From contig JARFYF010000063.1 in assembly GCA_030265395.1 (NCBI GenBank), forward strand, positions 104,493,517 through 104,554,711: 61,195 nucleotides of DNA, read 5' to 3'. The DNA comes from Rhina ancylostomus (lineage: Eukaryota). This document shows, in pieces, positions 50,870 to 61,195 of this stretch. The translations under genes were made by a program, and so were the position numbers. Each line of letters begins with the position of its first letter. Position 1 is the first letter of the stretch. Under the pieces are notes generated by a model. The model was not told where the DNA came from. It ran no database searches and saw only the letters and a program-made list of their open reading frames with translations.

Positions 50870-52450
50870 CTGAGCAGAGGTTCATGGGTCAGGAGTTGGA
50901 GATGCATTCCTTCTCAGGCATTTCCTCTGTGGCTGAAGATCTACACCCCAAATAACTCTGTGGGATCTGTCCATTCCAAAGGCACTGTGGACATGACCTT
51001 TACTGTGTGACAACTCCATGAGAAATGCAGGGAGCAGCACCAACCATAATAAATGACCTTTATAGACCCCACTGAATTCCACAATCCTTCCCCATTATCA
51101 ATTCTCTCTTCAAATTCAGCTGTCGCCAGAAACTCATCTCTATCTTACATTTACTCCATGACAGCCATGATCATAACCAATGGATCTACTACAGACCCAA
51201 TCTCGGTGAAGACTGGTGTCAAAAAGGCTGGTCAGTGCCCAACACTTCTCTCACTGCATTGTTCCATCTTACATCCTGTGGGAATGGATCTCATCTTCAG
51301 ATCTAATGAGAAACTATTCAACCTATGGTGAACATACCATACAACCACCTGAACTGTGGTCGTCAAACTGCAATATACAGATGATGCAGGTGTTTGTGCA
51401 TGTTCAGAGGCCAAACTCCAAACCAATGTCAATTCCTTCATTGAAACATATGAGAAGACAGACTTTACCTTCAATTTTGGCTGGACGAAGTTCCTCTACC
51501 AATCTGCCCTGCTGTACTGTACTGCCCTCCAATAATAAAGACTTATGACAAGAGTCTTGAAACATGGACAACTTCCCATATCTTAGGATCTAATTCTTGG
51601 TGAAGATAAACATTGAAGGAGAGACTCACCATCACCATTATGCTCTCACTGCTCCAGCTGTGTTCTATCTGATGACAGTGATCCTTGTCCTTTGACACAT
51701 TCTGGGACCTGGAGTATAGCAGGTATTGGGAAGATGCCATCCATATTTTCTCTGCAAAATCCTCCAAATCCACTGGAATGTCAGCAACCTCTCCCAGGCC
51801 AACATCCCCCGTATCGAAGCCCTTGTTATAGTCAGTCAGCCATGTTGGGCAGGCTACATTGCCAGAACCCACTGGCTTCTGAGCCAGACACCCTAATCCG
51901 AATTCTATCAAAGGAAGAGATTACCAGGCAGAAAGAGGAAAAGATTCAAGGATGTGCTCAGGGCTNNNNNNNNNNNNNNNNNNNNNNNNNNNNNNNNNNN
52001 NNNNNNNNNNNNNNNNNNNNNNNNNNNNNNNNNNNNNNNNNNNNNNNNNNNNNNNNNNNNNNNNNATCCGAATTCTATCAAAGGAAGAGATTACCAGGCC
52101 GAAAGAGGAAAAGATTCAAGGATGTGCTCAGGGCTCCTTGAAGAAGTGCAATGTTCCCATTGATTCTTGGGAATCTCTGGCCCATGACCATTCAAAGTGG
52201 AGACAGAGCATTTGTGATGGTTTTAAGAAGCCGGAGTCCATGCACTGGGAGTACACAGAAGCTCTGTGTAAGCAATAGAAGGAGGGCACCACGATACAAA
52301 CTACCCACCCACCTGCCCTATTGGGTACCACCTGCCCCATCCATGGAAGTGCCTGAAATTCCCACATTAGCCTTGTTAGCCACCTGAGAACTCGCAAAAC
52401 TGTAGTGAAAGGAAGTTAATACTGATTCTGAGAAGCTACCTGAGAAAAAG
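50870..52450 (+). mobile_element. RTE LINE ORF 3' half (degenerate)
   Basis: TNGSTTDPISVKTGVK, LQYTDDA, LETWTTSHI/FPYLGS, KRKRFKDVL, WESLAHDHSKWR, zinc-knuckle end. Confidence 0.9.
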
Positions 52451-52479
52451 AAATACTGCTGAACAATTAAGCAACAAAT

Positions 52480-52850
52480 GGGAAACAGATGCTCTTGAAA
52501 ACTCACTCTCAACAATGCTGGAGCCAGAGACAAGGCAAACATTTTGCAACTATCTTCAGGTAAAACTTTTCTGAGGTCCCACTATCACAAACCTTGTCTT
52601 CAAGCAGTTAGAATTACTTCATGTGATATGAAAAACAATCTGAGAGCACTGGATACTGCAAAGACTATGGGACCAATAACAATCCAGCCATGGCACTGAA
52701 GATGTGCTCCAGAGCCAGCCCACCTCCAGTCAAGCTATTTTAGGATAGTTACAATATGACCTTTACCCAATAATGTAGGAAATTGTTTGGGTATGTCCTG
52801 TCCACAGAAAGTGGGACAAATTCAGCTAATTCTCACACAATCACTATATG
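52480..52850 (+). mobile_element. CR1-type RT N-terminal fragment
   Basis: gcactggatactgcaaagactatggga...ctgaagatgtgctccagagc...gtatgtcctgtccacagaaag. Confidence 0.65.
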
Positions 52851-52974
52851 AAGCAAGCTGATTTTGCAGGTTCCGGTAGGGTCAACCCTCTGTCAACACT
52901 TGAATAATACCCAGCTGGAAGCCTTTATTATGTATTCATGTGATAAATCCAGGACTAACCACTGACTAAAGATA

Positions 52975-53135
52975 TGAAAGGAAGAATTTAATTTGTATGG
53001 CACCTGTCACAACCTCAGCACATTCCAAATCTCTCTACAGTCAATTTACAGTGAATCTTGAAATGTAACCATTAGGTTAGAGTGGAAATAAAAGAACTAA
53101 TGGCAAGCTTTCTTGGACAATGACAATGACCGAGA
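52975..53135 (-). mobile_element. Deu-SINE/L2-tail fragment
   Basis: aagaatttaatttgtatggcacctgtcacaacctcagcacattccaaa; a similar remnant lies at ~25035-25150. Confidence 0.45.
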
Positions 53136-54162
53136 CTTATTGACAATGAGTCCAATAATGTGAGTCTCGTGCAATTGCGCTGGAATGACAGATCAGGGAC
53201 CTGGTAACATCCCATTTGGTATGGTTTCTTTCCCCCCTGTTGGCAGAGTCACACTGTAGAGTGCACCGGTTTGCCATGCAATTTTGAAAAGGGGTTTTAA
53301 TGGCATCAGTACATTTAAAATACAACCTGTTCTTTCTTGTCCTAGATTATCCCTGAGGCTNNNNNNNTGATGACAGTGGGGGTGAAATATCCAGTGTTCA
53401 AGTTGCTGTTTGTTAAAATCACAGACGGTGTGATTTGGTGCAGAGGGTATAATCTGTGCCACAGAAACAGACCATGCTGCATGTGAACAGTCTCAATTCC
53501 ACAGGTTATGGATTAAGCAGACACCAGCCATCCTCAATAAACATGTAAAAACCTAACCTGATTCAACAGGGGTGATCTGCTTTAGGAGGCCCTGATTTAT
53601 GAAGAGGACAATGAAGAAGATGTGTCATTTCCTGGAGCTTCCAATCAACTCCTGAGACAGGACAACATTGAATTTAAAGGCCATTGGTTCTTTCAGGAAT
53701 ATTTGTCAAGTTCCACACACAGAAGTGAGCATTTAAATACAGATGATCTGTAACCTCAGGCACAGAATTATGTAAGGCATTCTTCACCACCCTGTTAGCC
53801 TTCATGGTTTTTGTTTCCAGTGTTAGAAGGGGAAGGAAACTGAACTGTGGCTGTTTGTGAACCAAGATTATTCTCAGACCCAGGGCTGTCGTCAGGACAG
53901 AACATGTCATCTGGATGTGGAAACAAAGTATTTAATGTCTAAACAGATCATAGGAAAGTTGCAATCAGGGGAAGTTATGACAGGCTCACATTATTGATTT
54001 ATTCAATTGCACTAATAGAAGTTGAAAAACTCAGTATTTCCACATTTGCTATCAGCCCTTTCTTAACTACTTCTTCATAGAGATATGGATAATTTCATGT
54101 TAAAACTGAGGTGCTCTTATACTGTATACTTCTATGTACATTGGAAAAACATCTTATCAGAG

Positions 54163-54354
54163 TAGAAACATAGAAACATTGAAAAACTACAACACAATTC
54201 AGGCCCTTCGGCCCACAAAGCTGTGCTGAACATGTCCCTACCCTAGAAATTACCACGCTTACCTATAGCCCTCTATCTTACTTAGCTCCATGTACCTATC
54301 TAACAGCCTCTTGAAAGACCCTATCGTATCCGCCTCCACCACCATTTCTGGCAG
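54163..54354 (-). mobile_element. Young CR1 3' end (truncated by gap)
   Basis: tagaaacatagaaac tail, aggcccttcggcccac, tccgcctccaccacc; retains CpGs. Confidence 0.85.
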
Positions 54355-54589
54355 NNNNNNNNNNNNNNNNNNNNNNNNNNNNNNNNNNNNNNNNNNNNNN
54401 NNNNNNNNNNNNNNNNNNNNNNNNNNNNNNNNNNNNNNNNNNNNNNNNNNNNNNCAATGGAATAAATTTCTTTCAGGTGATATTAAACAAGCATATTAAT
54501 CAGCCGATGAGTTTTTCTGAAGTGAATCTGGCAGAGTTTGAGACAACATGGCTATATTTTTAAAACGGAGACATTCCAAATATCCAATT

Positions 54590-54790
54590 TGTACATATTA
54601 CAGCACAGATAAAGGCCTTTCAACCCATGCCGGCATTTATACTCCACTTAAGTCTCCTCTCATCCTTTTCTAAATCAGCATATCTCACTTTTCTCTTCTC
54701 CCCATACATTTATCGAGTTCCCTGATAAATGCATCCAAACTAATCAAGTCAACTTCTTCCAACTCTCTGGGTAAAGAATACTATTTGACT
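54590..54790 (-). mobile_element. Old CR1 3' end
   Basis: acagcacagataaaggccttttcaaccca...caactctctgggtaaagaa. Confidence 0.55.
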
Positions 54791-56009
54791 GGGTTATTGA
54801 CTTGTCGGTACTGATCCACTAACATAACCAAAGTGCTTTTGTACTCTTGGAGAGTTGGGAGCCCTGGGTCAAATTTTGTGCATGTGCAGTGTTAATATCT
54901 TCCACTCTATTGTGCTTGTCTGTAAAAGCTAACACACAGACTTATTTTTTCTGCATAATTACATGTTGCAAGAATGNNNNNNNNNNNNNNNNNNNNNNNN
55001 NNNNNNNNNNNNNNNNNNNNNNNNNNNNNNNNNNNNNNNNNNNNNNNNNNNNNNNNNNNAAAAAGTTCAACTCATCAATCTAATGCCTTTTCAAGACAAT
55101 GTACAATCTATTCTATCATGGACTCCAGTTACTCATTTAATCTCCCGAAGTAAATGCTTTTTGGTTTTGAAATATAATCAAGTAAAGCTGTCCATCAATC
55201 TTCCCACTACATCCGTATGATTTAACCCTGGCTGATTGCTCTCTGTAGATAGCAAGCAACTCCCCAGTGGTTACAGCAAAGACTTGGCTCTCCAGTCTTT
55301 TTTGAAGCCTGCTCACTTTGAGCCCAGCTCCTCTAGATCTCTAATCACAGGCAAAGTTAAATGTCTTGTTTATATTTACATTGTTTATAACTGTTGGTAT
55401 TTTAGACCCCAGGATCTTGTCCCTTTCCTTCCAGTGAAAGTAAGTTTAGCTGTGAACTCTGCCCTGCAAAGTTCTGCTCTCAGCCAATCACCATGAAGTT
55501 TATTTTAAAATTGTGAATAAACATGAAAAAAAGAATGTTCATCTTGTCAGCTTGTCTTTTGTCACTTGCCTTATGCAGCCATTTTCCCAAAATAGGTACA
55601 ATCAGTGCTATTGTGTGCCATGCTCATTTTAATATTGTATGTGCAGACGGGGGAAGGAAAGAAACAATTTATAGATGTGCACAGCCACTCAGAGCTCAGC
55701 CATGATTTTACACACTAGAGATGCAAATTTTCTGCCTCCTATGCTGCAGTATCAGATTCCTTATTTAAATTTGTACATCTGCTTGATACAGCTGCACCCG
55801 ATAACTCTTGAATAATATTATTGCTCATGCTTACTCCAGGATGAATTTCACTCAGCTGTTTACTGCTCTGTGCATCCAATCTGATTAGTTTATCTGTATT
55901 TCTTCTAGTTACATTTCTAACCATGTTTTCAAAGGAGAAAGCTGGGAAAAATGACACATTCCTCAGTACATAACATTAATGCTATACAACAGATGCCTGT
56001 TTGAAAGGA

Positions 56010-56390
56010 TGAATGAAGTGGGTGGCTTTTCTCTTGGGGGAAGAAAAGGTTGAGGGATGACATAATAATGTTCTTTTAAATGATGAGAGCTTTTGAGAGA
56101 TTTCCTGGAGAATATTTTCAGTGCATGGAAGATCCTAACTGTTTGCCATCATTATAAGATGTTCACCATGAAGTCCAAAAGTGTATTCAGAAGAAACTTC
56201 TTTGCCCATAAAGTGGTGAGAATGTGGAATTCACTACCACTGGGAGTGACTGAAGCATTTAAGGGCAGGCCGAACAAGAATCTGTGGGAAAAGGTAATAG
56301 AGGGTTATGCTGATAGAATTAAATGTGGAAAGATGGGAGGAGCTGAAGTGGAGCATAAGTGTTGCCATGGATGGATTCTGTGCTGTACAA
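56010..56390 (+). mobile_element. CR1 3' end
   Basis: RRNFFAHKVVRMWNSLP. Confidence 0.8.
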
Positions 56391-57964
56391 TGAACCTCTA
56401 GTAATCTGTTATCCGACCATTCAGTGGTTCAGCAACTGGCTCACTAGGTAAAGTTTGGTGTGCTGCCCATACACTTTCTGGGACCCCAGTTCCTGTGCTC
56501 CCAGTCCACTCCCTGGGGCCCGAGTTCCCACACTCCCCGTCCATTTGTTAGATGTCTGGTTCCTGTGCCACCTTCCATTCACCGGGGTCCTAATTCCCAC
56601 AATCCCTTTAAATTTACCTGGTTCTGTTGGCTGGGTTCCCTTCAACCTATGGGGATGACTGAAATGTAACTGTGTAACATCTTTAAAAACCAAAAATTAA
56701 AAATAACATCCAATGGCCTGGATTATCTGCCAGTCTGACATCACCAAAGTGCCAAGTGTGCCAGTTTAATGGANNNNNNNNNNNNNNNNNNNNNNNNNNN
56801 NNNNNNNNNNNNNNNNNNNNNNNNNNNNNNNNNNNNNNNNNNNNNNNNNNNNNNNNNNNNNNNNNNNNTGTGTGTTCCACTAAGCTCAGCATGGATACTT
56901 GAATGGCAGCACGGAAATCCATTCCCAAGCCAATTAATTGTTAGTAATCAGGGGATATATATATTGCTTTCCTAAATATTTAAAAAAAGCTACTTTAAGG
57001 CCACTCCATCTGTATAAGTTGCTATAAAACATAATTTGGGGTATATTTTTAAACGTTGGCACACATTTTTTGGTGAAGTAAATTGGCACACATTGGATAT
57101 TGTGTGTGAAGCATAATATTTCCTGGTTCAGTCTCAGCTCAACTAAAAATATGTCATGCTGTTTGATCAATTTCTCTCTACCTAAAGGGACATTCTGCAG
57201 AAATCAGTACATCTCAAACTATATGGAAGCTGTTTAGATATCTTCTACAATCCACAGAGTGTGCTGCAACTTTCAGTAAACGAAGTTTGAATTTGAGCCA
57301 CCTATGTGCTTTTGAACCTGTGGTGTTTTTCCTGGATCAATCCAATCTGACCTTACAATCGCCATGAGTGTAATGACTTGAGGCATGCTGTTCACATATG
57401 GTGATACTGGCTGGTTTGTGCCGATCTGGACAGGGTCCTGGGACAGGCCCAATTAGACCTGAATGCAAATGTTTGGTTAGAGTATACATCTGACCTGGCC
57501 TCACCCTGTTGTACACGGCCTGAAAATACTTGCTTGTTCCAGCAGGGGAGAGGCTATGATCTGCCAGGGTCTCGTTATTCTATCGAAATCTGTACTCAAT
57601 AACAAGAGACAGCTTCTAATTTTAACTTNNNNNNNNNNAGTGAGGGCTCCTTGACCTGACCATGGACTTCAAAATGCTATTCAGGTCCAAGTGAGGCCTA
57701 CTGGAGCTGCAGCATCTTGGGAGTAAGGAATCTTTTTGAAAAAGATGCTGTTTGAGGTGTGTGGCATCAGGCTGGTGGAAGTCACAGCGCTAAAAGATTT
57801 CCCTCACAGTGGGTACTTGGACATAAGCTTTCAAAAAGTAGATGGCTGCTTGGAGAATACTGAAGCTCTCTGAGGAGAAAGGGAAGAAACACTCCTGTCG
57901 CCGCTGAGTGCGGAGGCTCCCTCTAGAGAAATAGCAAATGCTAGCTTTATGTATTTAATCCTGA

Positions 57965-58090
57965 TGTGCCAGTCCTTGATGTTCACGGGGAAAATGTGAA
58001 AACTTCACACAGACAGCACCCAATGTCGGGATTGAACCCAAGTCACTGGAGCTGTGATGCAGTAACTCTTTTAGCTGCACCACCGTGCCA
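57965..58090 (-). mobile_element. V-SINE 5' fragment
   Basis: Minus strand ggcacggtggtgcagc...gggttcaatcccgac...tctgtgtgaagtttt. Confidence 0.75.
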
Positions 58091-58129
58091 CACTGTTACG
58101 TGCTTTCCCATGACAATTACAAATATTGA

Positions 58130-58985
58130 AAACATAACATGTGATGAGATCCATCTCCAACTCACCACCAACTCTCTTTACCCCTCCATTGGTTTTTATA
58201 TCGATAGACTACCTGTTTGACATCTTGTTTTGTAGGTAAGCAGAAATTTCCTCTGGTTAAATACTAGGAAAACCAAAGCCACCATCTTAAGAATCAACCA
58301 TAATCTCCATTCCCCAGTCACTGACTCCATCCTGCTCCCTGGCTCTTGTGTCAATGAAATCAGATTGTTCATAATCTTGTGATCATATCTGATTAGTGTT
58401 GATCCATATATTTGTGGTATCAATAAGATGACCTATTTCCTCGTCTTTGATATTGCCCAACATTGCCCTGCCTCAGCTCTCTCATCCATGCCTCTGGCCT
58501 TGACTAATCCAATGCACTTCCAGCCAGCCTCCCTTATCTTAACCTCTGTAAATTTGAAGTCAAGTCCTAATATGACTATTTCTTAACTTGCTGCAGGTTA
58601 CACTCTCCCAATGCTTGCATGCTATCTGACCTACATTAGCTCTCGGTTAAGCAATGCCTCAATTTTAAAATTCTAACCCTTGGTCATATCGTTACATCTC
58701 TCTCTTTCTGTACTTTTCTTTTGTTCTATAACCCTTGTGATATCAATGCTCTTCAACTCTAACCTCTTGAAACTGAATTATTCTACTATCCTTTCATTTG
58801 CCAATGCTCTAAGCTAGATTAATCTTGCCACTGTTTTACAGTTCTTTCTTCAAGAAGCTCTATAAACCTTTCACTAATATCTTGTTTGATTTAGTGTTAA
58901 ATTTTGTCTGACGACCCTGTTCACGGCCGGTTCACGTTACCACACTAAAGGTGTTACATTAATATAAATTGTTTTGCTGTTGTCA
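58130..58985 (+). mobile_element. L2 LINE 3' fragment
   Basis: DEIHLQL (~DDTQLY), NFLWLNTRKTKA (~NFLQLN..KTE), ttttaaaattct, tail aaaggtgttacattaatataaattgttttg. Confidence 0.75.
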
Positions 58986-59416
58986 GACCAGTCAGACACT
59001 ACAAATAGTTATTGCATTTTCATCTTAATACAAGTTTTTGAAAATTTGTTATCAAAGATTTCGCACTTTGGTGATGTTGTTAAGATCTGAAATTTCATTT
59101 TAGCTTGTGCCCGTTTTGTCTGCTAATTCTCCATTTAGAACTGCAACACAAAAGCTTTAATTTTTCACTGGATGTCGATTTTTCTAACCACAGGGACAAA
59201 ACAATGATTATACACTGTTCAATGCGACATGCCACTTACCTTTTACTATAAAGAAATAGATTTCCTAAAATTGCTTTTCACACTGTTGCACTGCATTTAA
59301 AGGAAGTAACTGGCAGTGATTGTGAATTTCTTAGGTACCTTAGTCATGATTGTCCATAAGTGCTCGTTTATTATTAGTAGTAATGGACACCATTTAGCCA
59401 TTAACAGCTATTATAC

Positions 59417-59542
59417 CATCCATCGTGATGCTTTTGCTACATTATAGCCATTTGTGCCCTTTTGTAAACAAAAACCTGAAGAGTGAAAGACGGATGTGAT
59501 GCTGATGATGAATAAAACGAAAGCTTGGAGTGTCCAGTTCAT
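59417..59542 (-). CDS. Candidate signal-peptide-coding exon of an unidentified secreted or membrane protein
   Basis: gtcaaaATG then MNWTLQAFVLFIISITSVFHSSG-FCLQKGTNGYNVAKASRWM; acceptor ttctgtgtcag ends at 59564; possible donors after 59476 (phase 1) or 59417 (phase 0); not repeat-like. Confidence 0.35.
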
Positions 59543-60247
59543 TTTGACACCAAGTTTCTTAATCTGACACAGAACGACACCAATTTCCACAGAAGTGGGT
59601 CCCTTTTTCCTGAACTGCTTTGAGTTTTTGGAATAATTTGCCTTTCTACAACTCATCCTGACACTTTACCAGTTTTGAGTATGTACTGACAGGTTAATAA
59701 CTCCCAATTTTGACACACTTCACATCCATTAGTCATAATTACTTCTTTTCTCTTGTATTTTCAATAGTTTTAATATGACAGTCTTTTTATAAGAGGTAAT
59801 TATAGTGATAATACATTTATCCAATGTTTAAGTCTTTTTCAGGCTCAGTGACTACTCACATTGCAATTCTGATTTTTTAAGTATTGTAACTTTCCTCAGT
59901 TTTGACTTTTATATTTCACAATAGCCCTTTCTCATATATACGGAAGGAATACATTAATATATCTTAGTATTCAAAGTACATACAGGGAATATTTAAGATA
60001 TGCAAATAGCTATTAATTATGAGCCACAGAGAAACAACCGACAGACATTGTTTTTATTTATTTAGTTTCCTTCTTTAATAACAGAAAATTGGATACCTCT
60101 GAGAGACTAACTTACTATAAAATGTAAATAGCTCCAGTCTACTCTCAGGGGATTTTCATTATTAATGAAGCAAATTTTCTATTCAGTAATCTAAATGGTT
60201 GCCAGATATTTAATGCACTGCCAAAAACTGTGAATAGCAACAGGGCC

Positions 60248-60276
60248 TAATTGATTATTAATCAATTATTTAATCC
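60248..60276. promoter_or_regulatory. Palindromic double P2 homeodomain site plus TAATCC
   Basis: TAATTGATTA-T-TAATCAATTA (60248-60268) and TAATCC (60271-60276). Confidence 0.45.
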
Positions 60277-60864
60277 TATTAGTGTCAGGGACCATAGTAT
60301 CCAGAGCTGACTGACATTAATGAAGCTAAATAATCCGTGCGTAGCTAATTACATATATCTCTTATTTTACTAACAATGATTTGGACAATAATTTTAAAGT
60401 GCTACTTCTTTCGCACTCTAAAATCCTTCAAATATAATTTTGGAACACTTTAGAAAAACTTTGAAGGGGGGTAGCTTTGATAATTGATGTCATCATGGCT
60501 CCTTGATCAAGGACCAAATATGTTCATTTCTAAATAGATCTAGTGGATAATTTAAAATAAACAAAAATGGTCATATGAAAATGAGAATGGAGGGTTAAGC
60601 GAGATCGTAACATGGGGAGTTTGGTGATGTGAGAAGAGAAATTATTGGAAAAAGTTTAAATTAATGAGCAAAGTTAAAAGGTTCGTCTCGGAAGAAATAA
60701 ATCATAGTGTTTGATTTCTACAAGCACAACTTAAAAATAGAATAGGCTGCATTGTAGGTCCAACATGTGTCAGAAAATATATCATTGTCATCCCCTTTAA
60801 AGCAGTATGGTTTTATCAGATTTCTCCCTTTTTTGCGCATTGATGTCCATAGCTAAATTTCCAT

Positions 60865-60980
60865 CATAGAGGAGGTTTGACTTGAAACATTTTTCTCTCC
60901 ACAGGTCCTGCCTGACCTGGTTTGTGCTTCTGGAATTTTCTGCTTTTGTATTGGATTTCTAACATCTGTGTTGTTTTTGC
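60865..60980 (+). mobile_element. Penelope pLTR fragment
   Basis: gacttgaaacatttttctctccacaggtcctgcctgacc...ttttctgctttt..ggatttctaacatctg. Confidence 0.65.
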
Positions 60981-61195
60981 TCCAGTTATACCAAAAGTAG
61001 TTTTTCCATCTTAAATTACAAAGGGTAAACTTCATCAGCTTTTAAGCTCAATGAAACTTGTTACTGTACTATAGTAACAAAAATACTGAGGTTTCAAAAT
61101 TTGACTCAGTAGTTCACCCTCTTTGAGCGCAATGAGTGGTGAATTAGTTCCAAAATGGTGTCCAAAGTGCACCCACAATTGTGATGCAAGGTGTT

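Noticed and set aside
51896-52135. 70-bp direct repeat flanking a 100-N gap in the RTE
   Set aside because: Near-identical (one mismatch) contig ends on both sides of a fixed-size gap: almost certainly an unmerged assembly overlap, not a tandem duplication.
59513-59539. NWTLQAF resembling spexin NWTPQAML
   Set aside because: Occurs directly after the Met, with no preceding dibasic site or LKGxQGRR; coincidence is more likely.
59417-59542. Naming this exon OSTN, NPVF or NMS
   Set aside because: No downstream FGxPxDR, LPxRFGR or FRPRN coding segments were found in the window; signal-peptide resemblance alone is insufficient.
1-61195. CRISPR arrays, rRNA, prokaryotic operons, or viral/LTR coding regions
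   Set aside because: No regularly spaced repeats, rRNA-like sequence or dense coding seen; content is vertebrate repeat-rich DNA.

Overview
Gappy (about 20 N-runs), AT-rich, CpG-depleted vertebrate genomic DNA. The repeat content (CR1, L2, RTE and Rex-Babar LINE fragments, V-SINEs, a Deu-domain SINE, Penelope-like elements, PIF/Harbinger relics) is typical of a cartilaginous fish (shark/ray); the taxon and family names come from pattern recognition, not a database search. No complete protein-coding gene could be recognised, and nearly all ORF-track entries are transposon remnants, gap read-throughs or chance ORFs. Non-repeat highlights: (1) a compact CpG-rich promoter at ~16.2 kb with CRE, CLEAR/E-box and YY1 motifs, splice donors on both strands and an RFX X-box nearby; (2) a candidate minus-strand signal-peptide exon at 59.4-59.5 kb with a TATA box and a homeodomain/POU motif cluster upstream; (3) a ~470-bp long-armed palindrome at 5.4-5.8 kb. 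Repeat highlights: many short head-to-head Penelope-derived hairpins carrying decayed hammerhead-ribozyme cores, and a two-gene Harbinger fossil (transposase plus Myb/SANT protein) at 46.5-48.4 kb. I see no firm evidence of a wholly new system; these are the best leads. Repeat boundaries are approximate (tens of bp).
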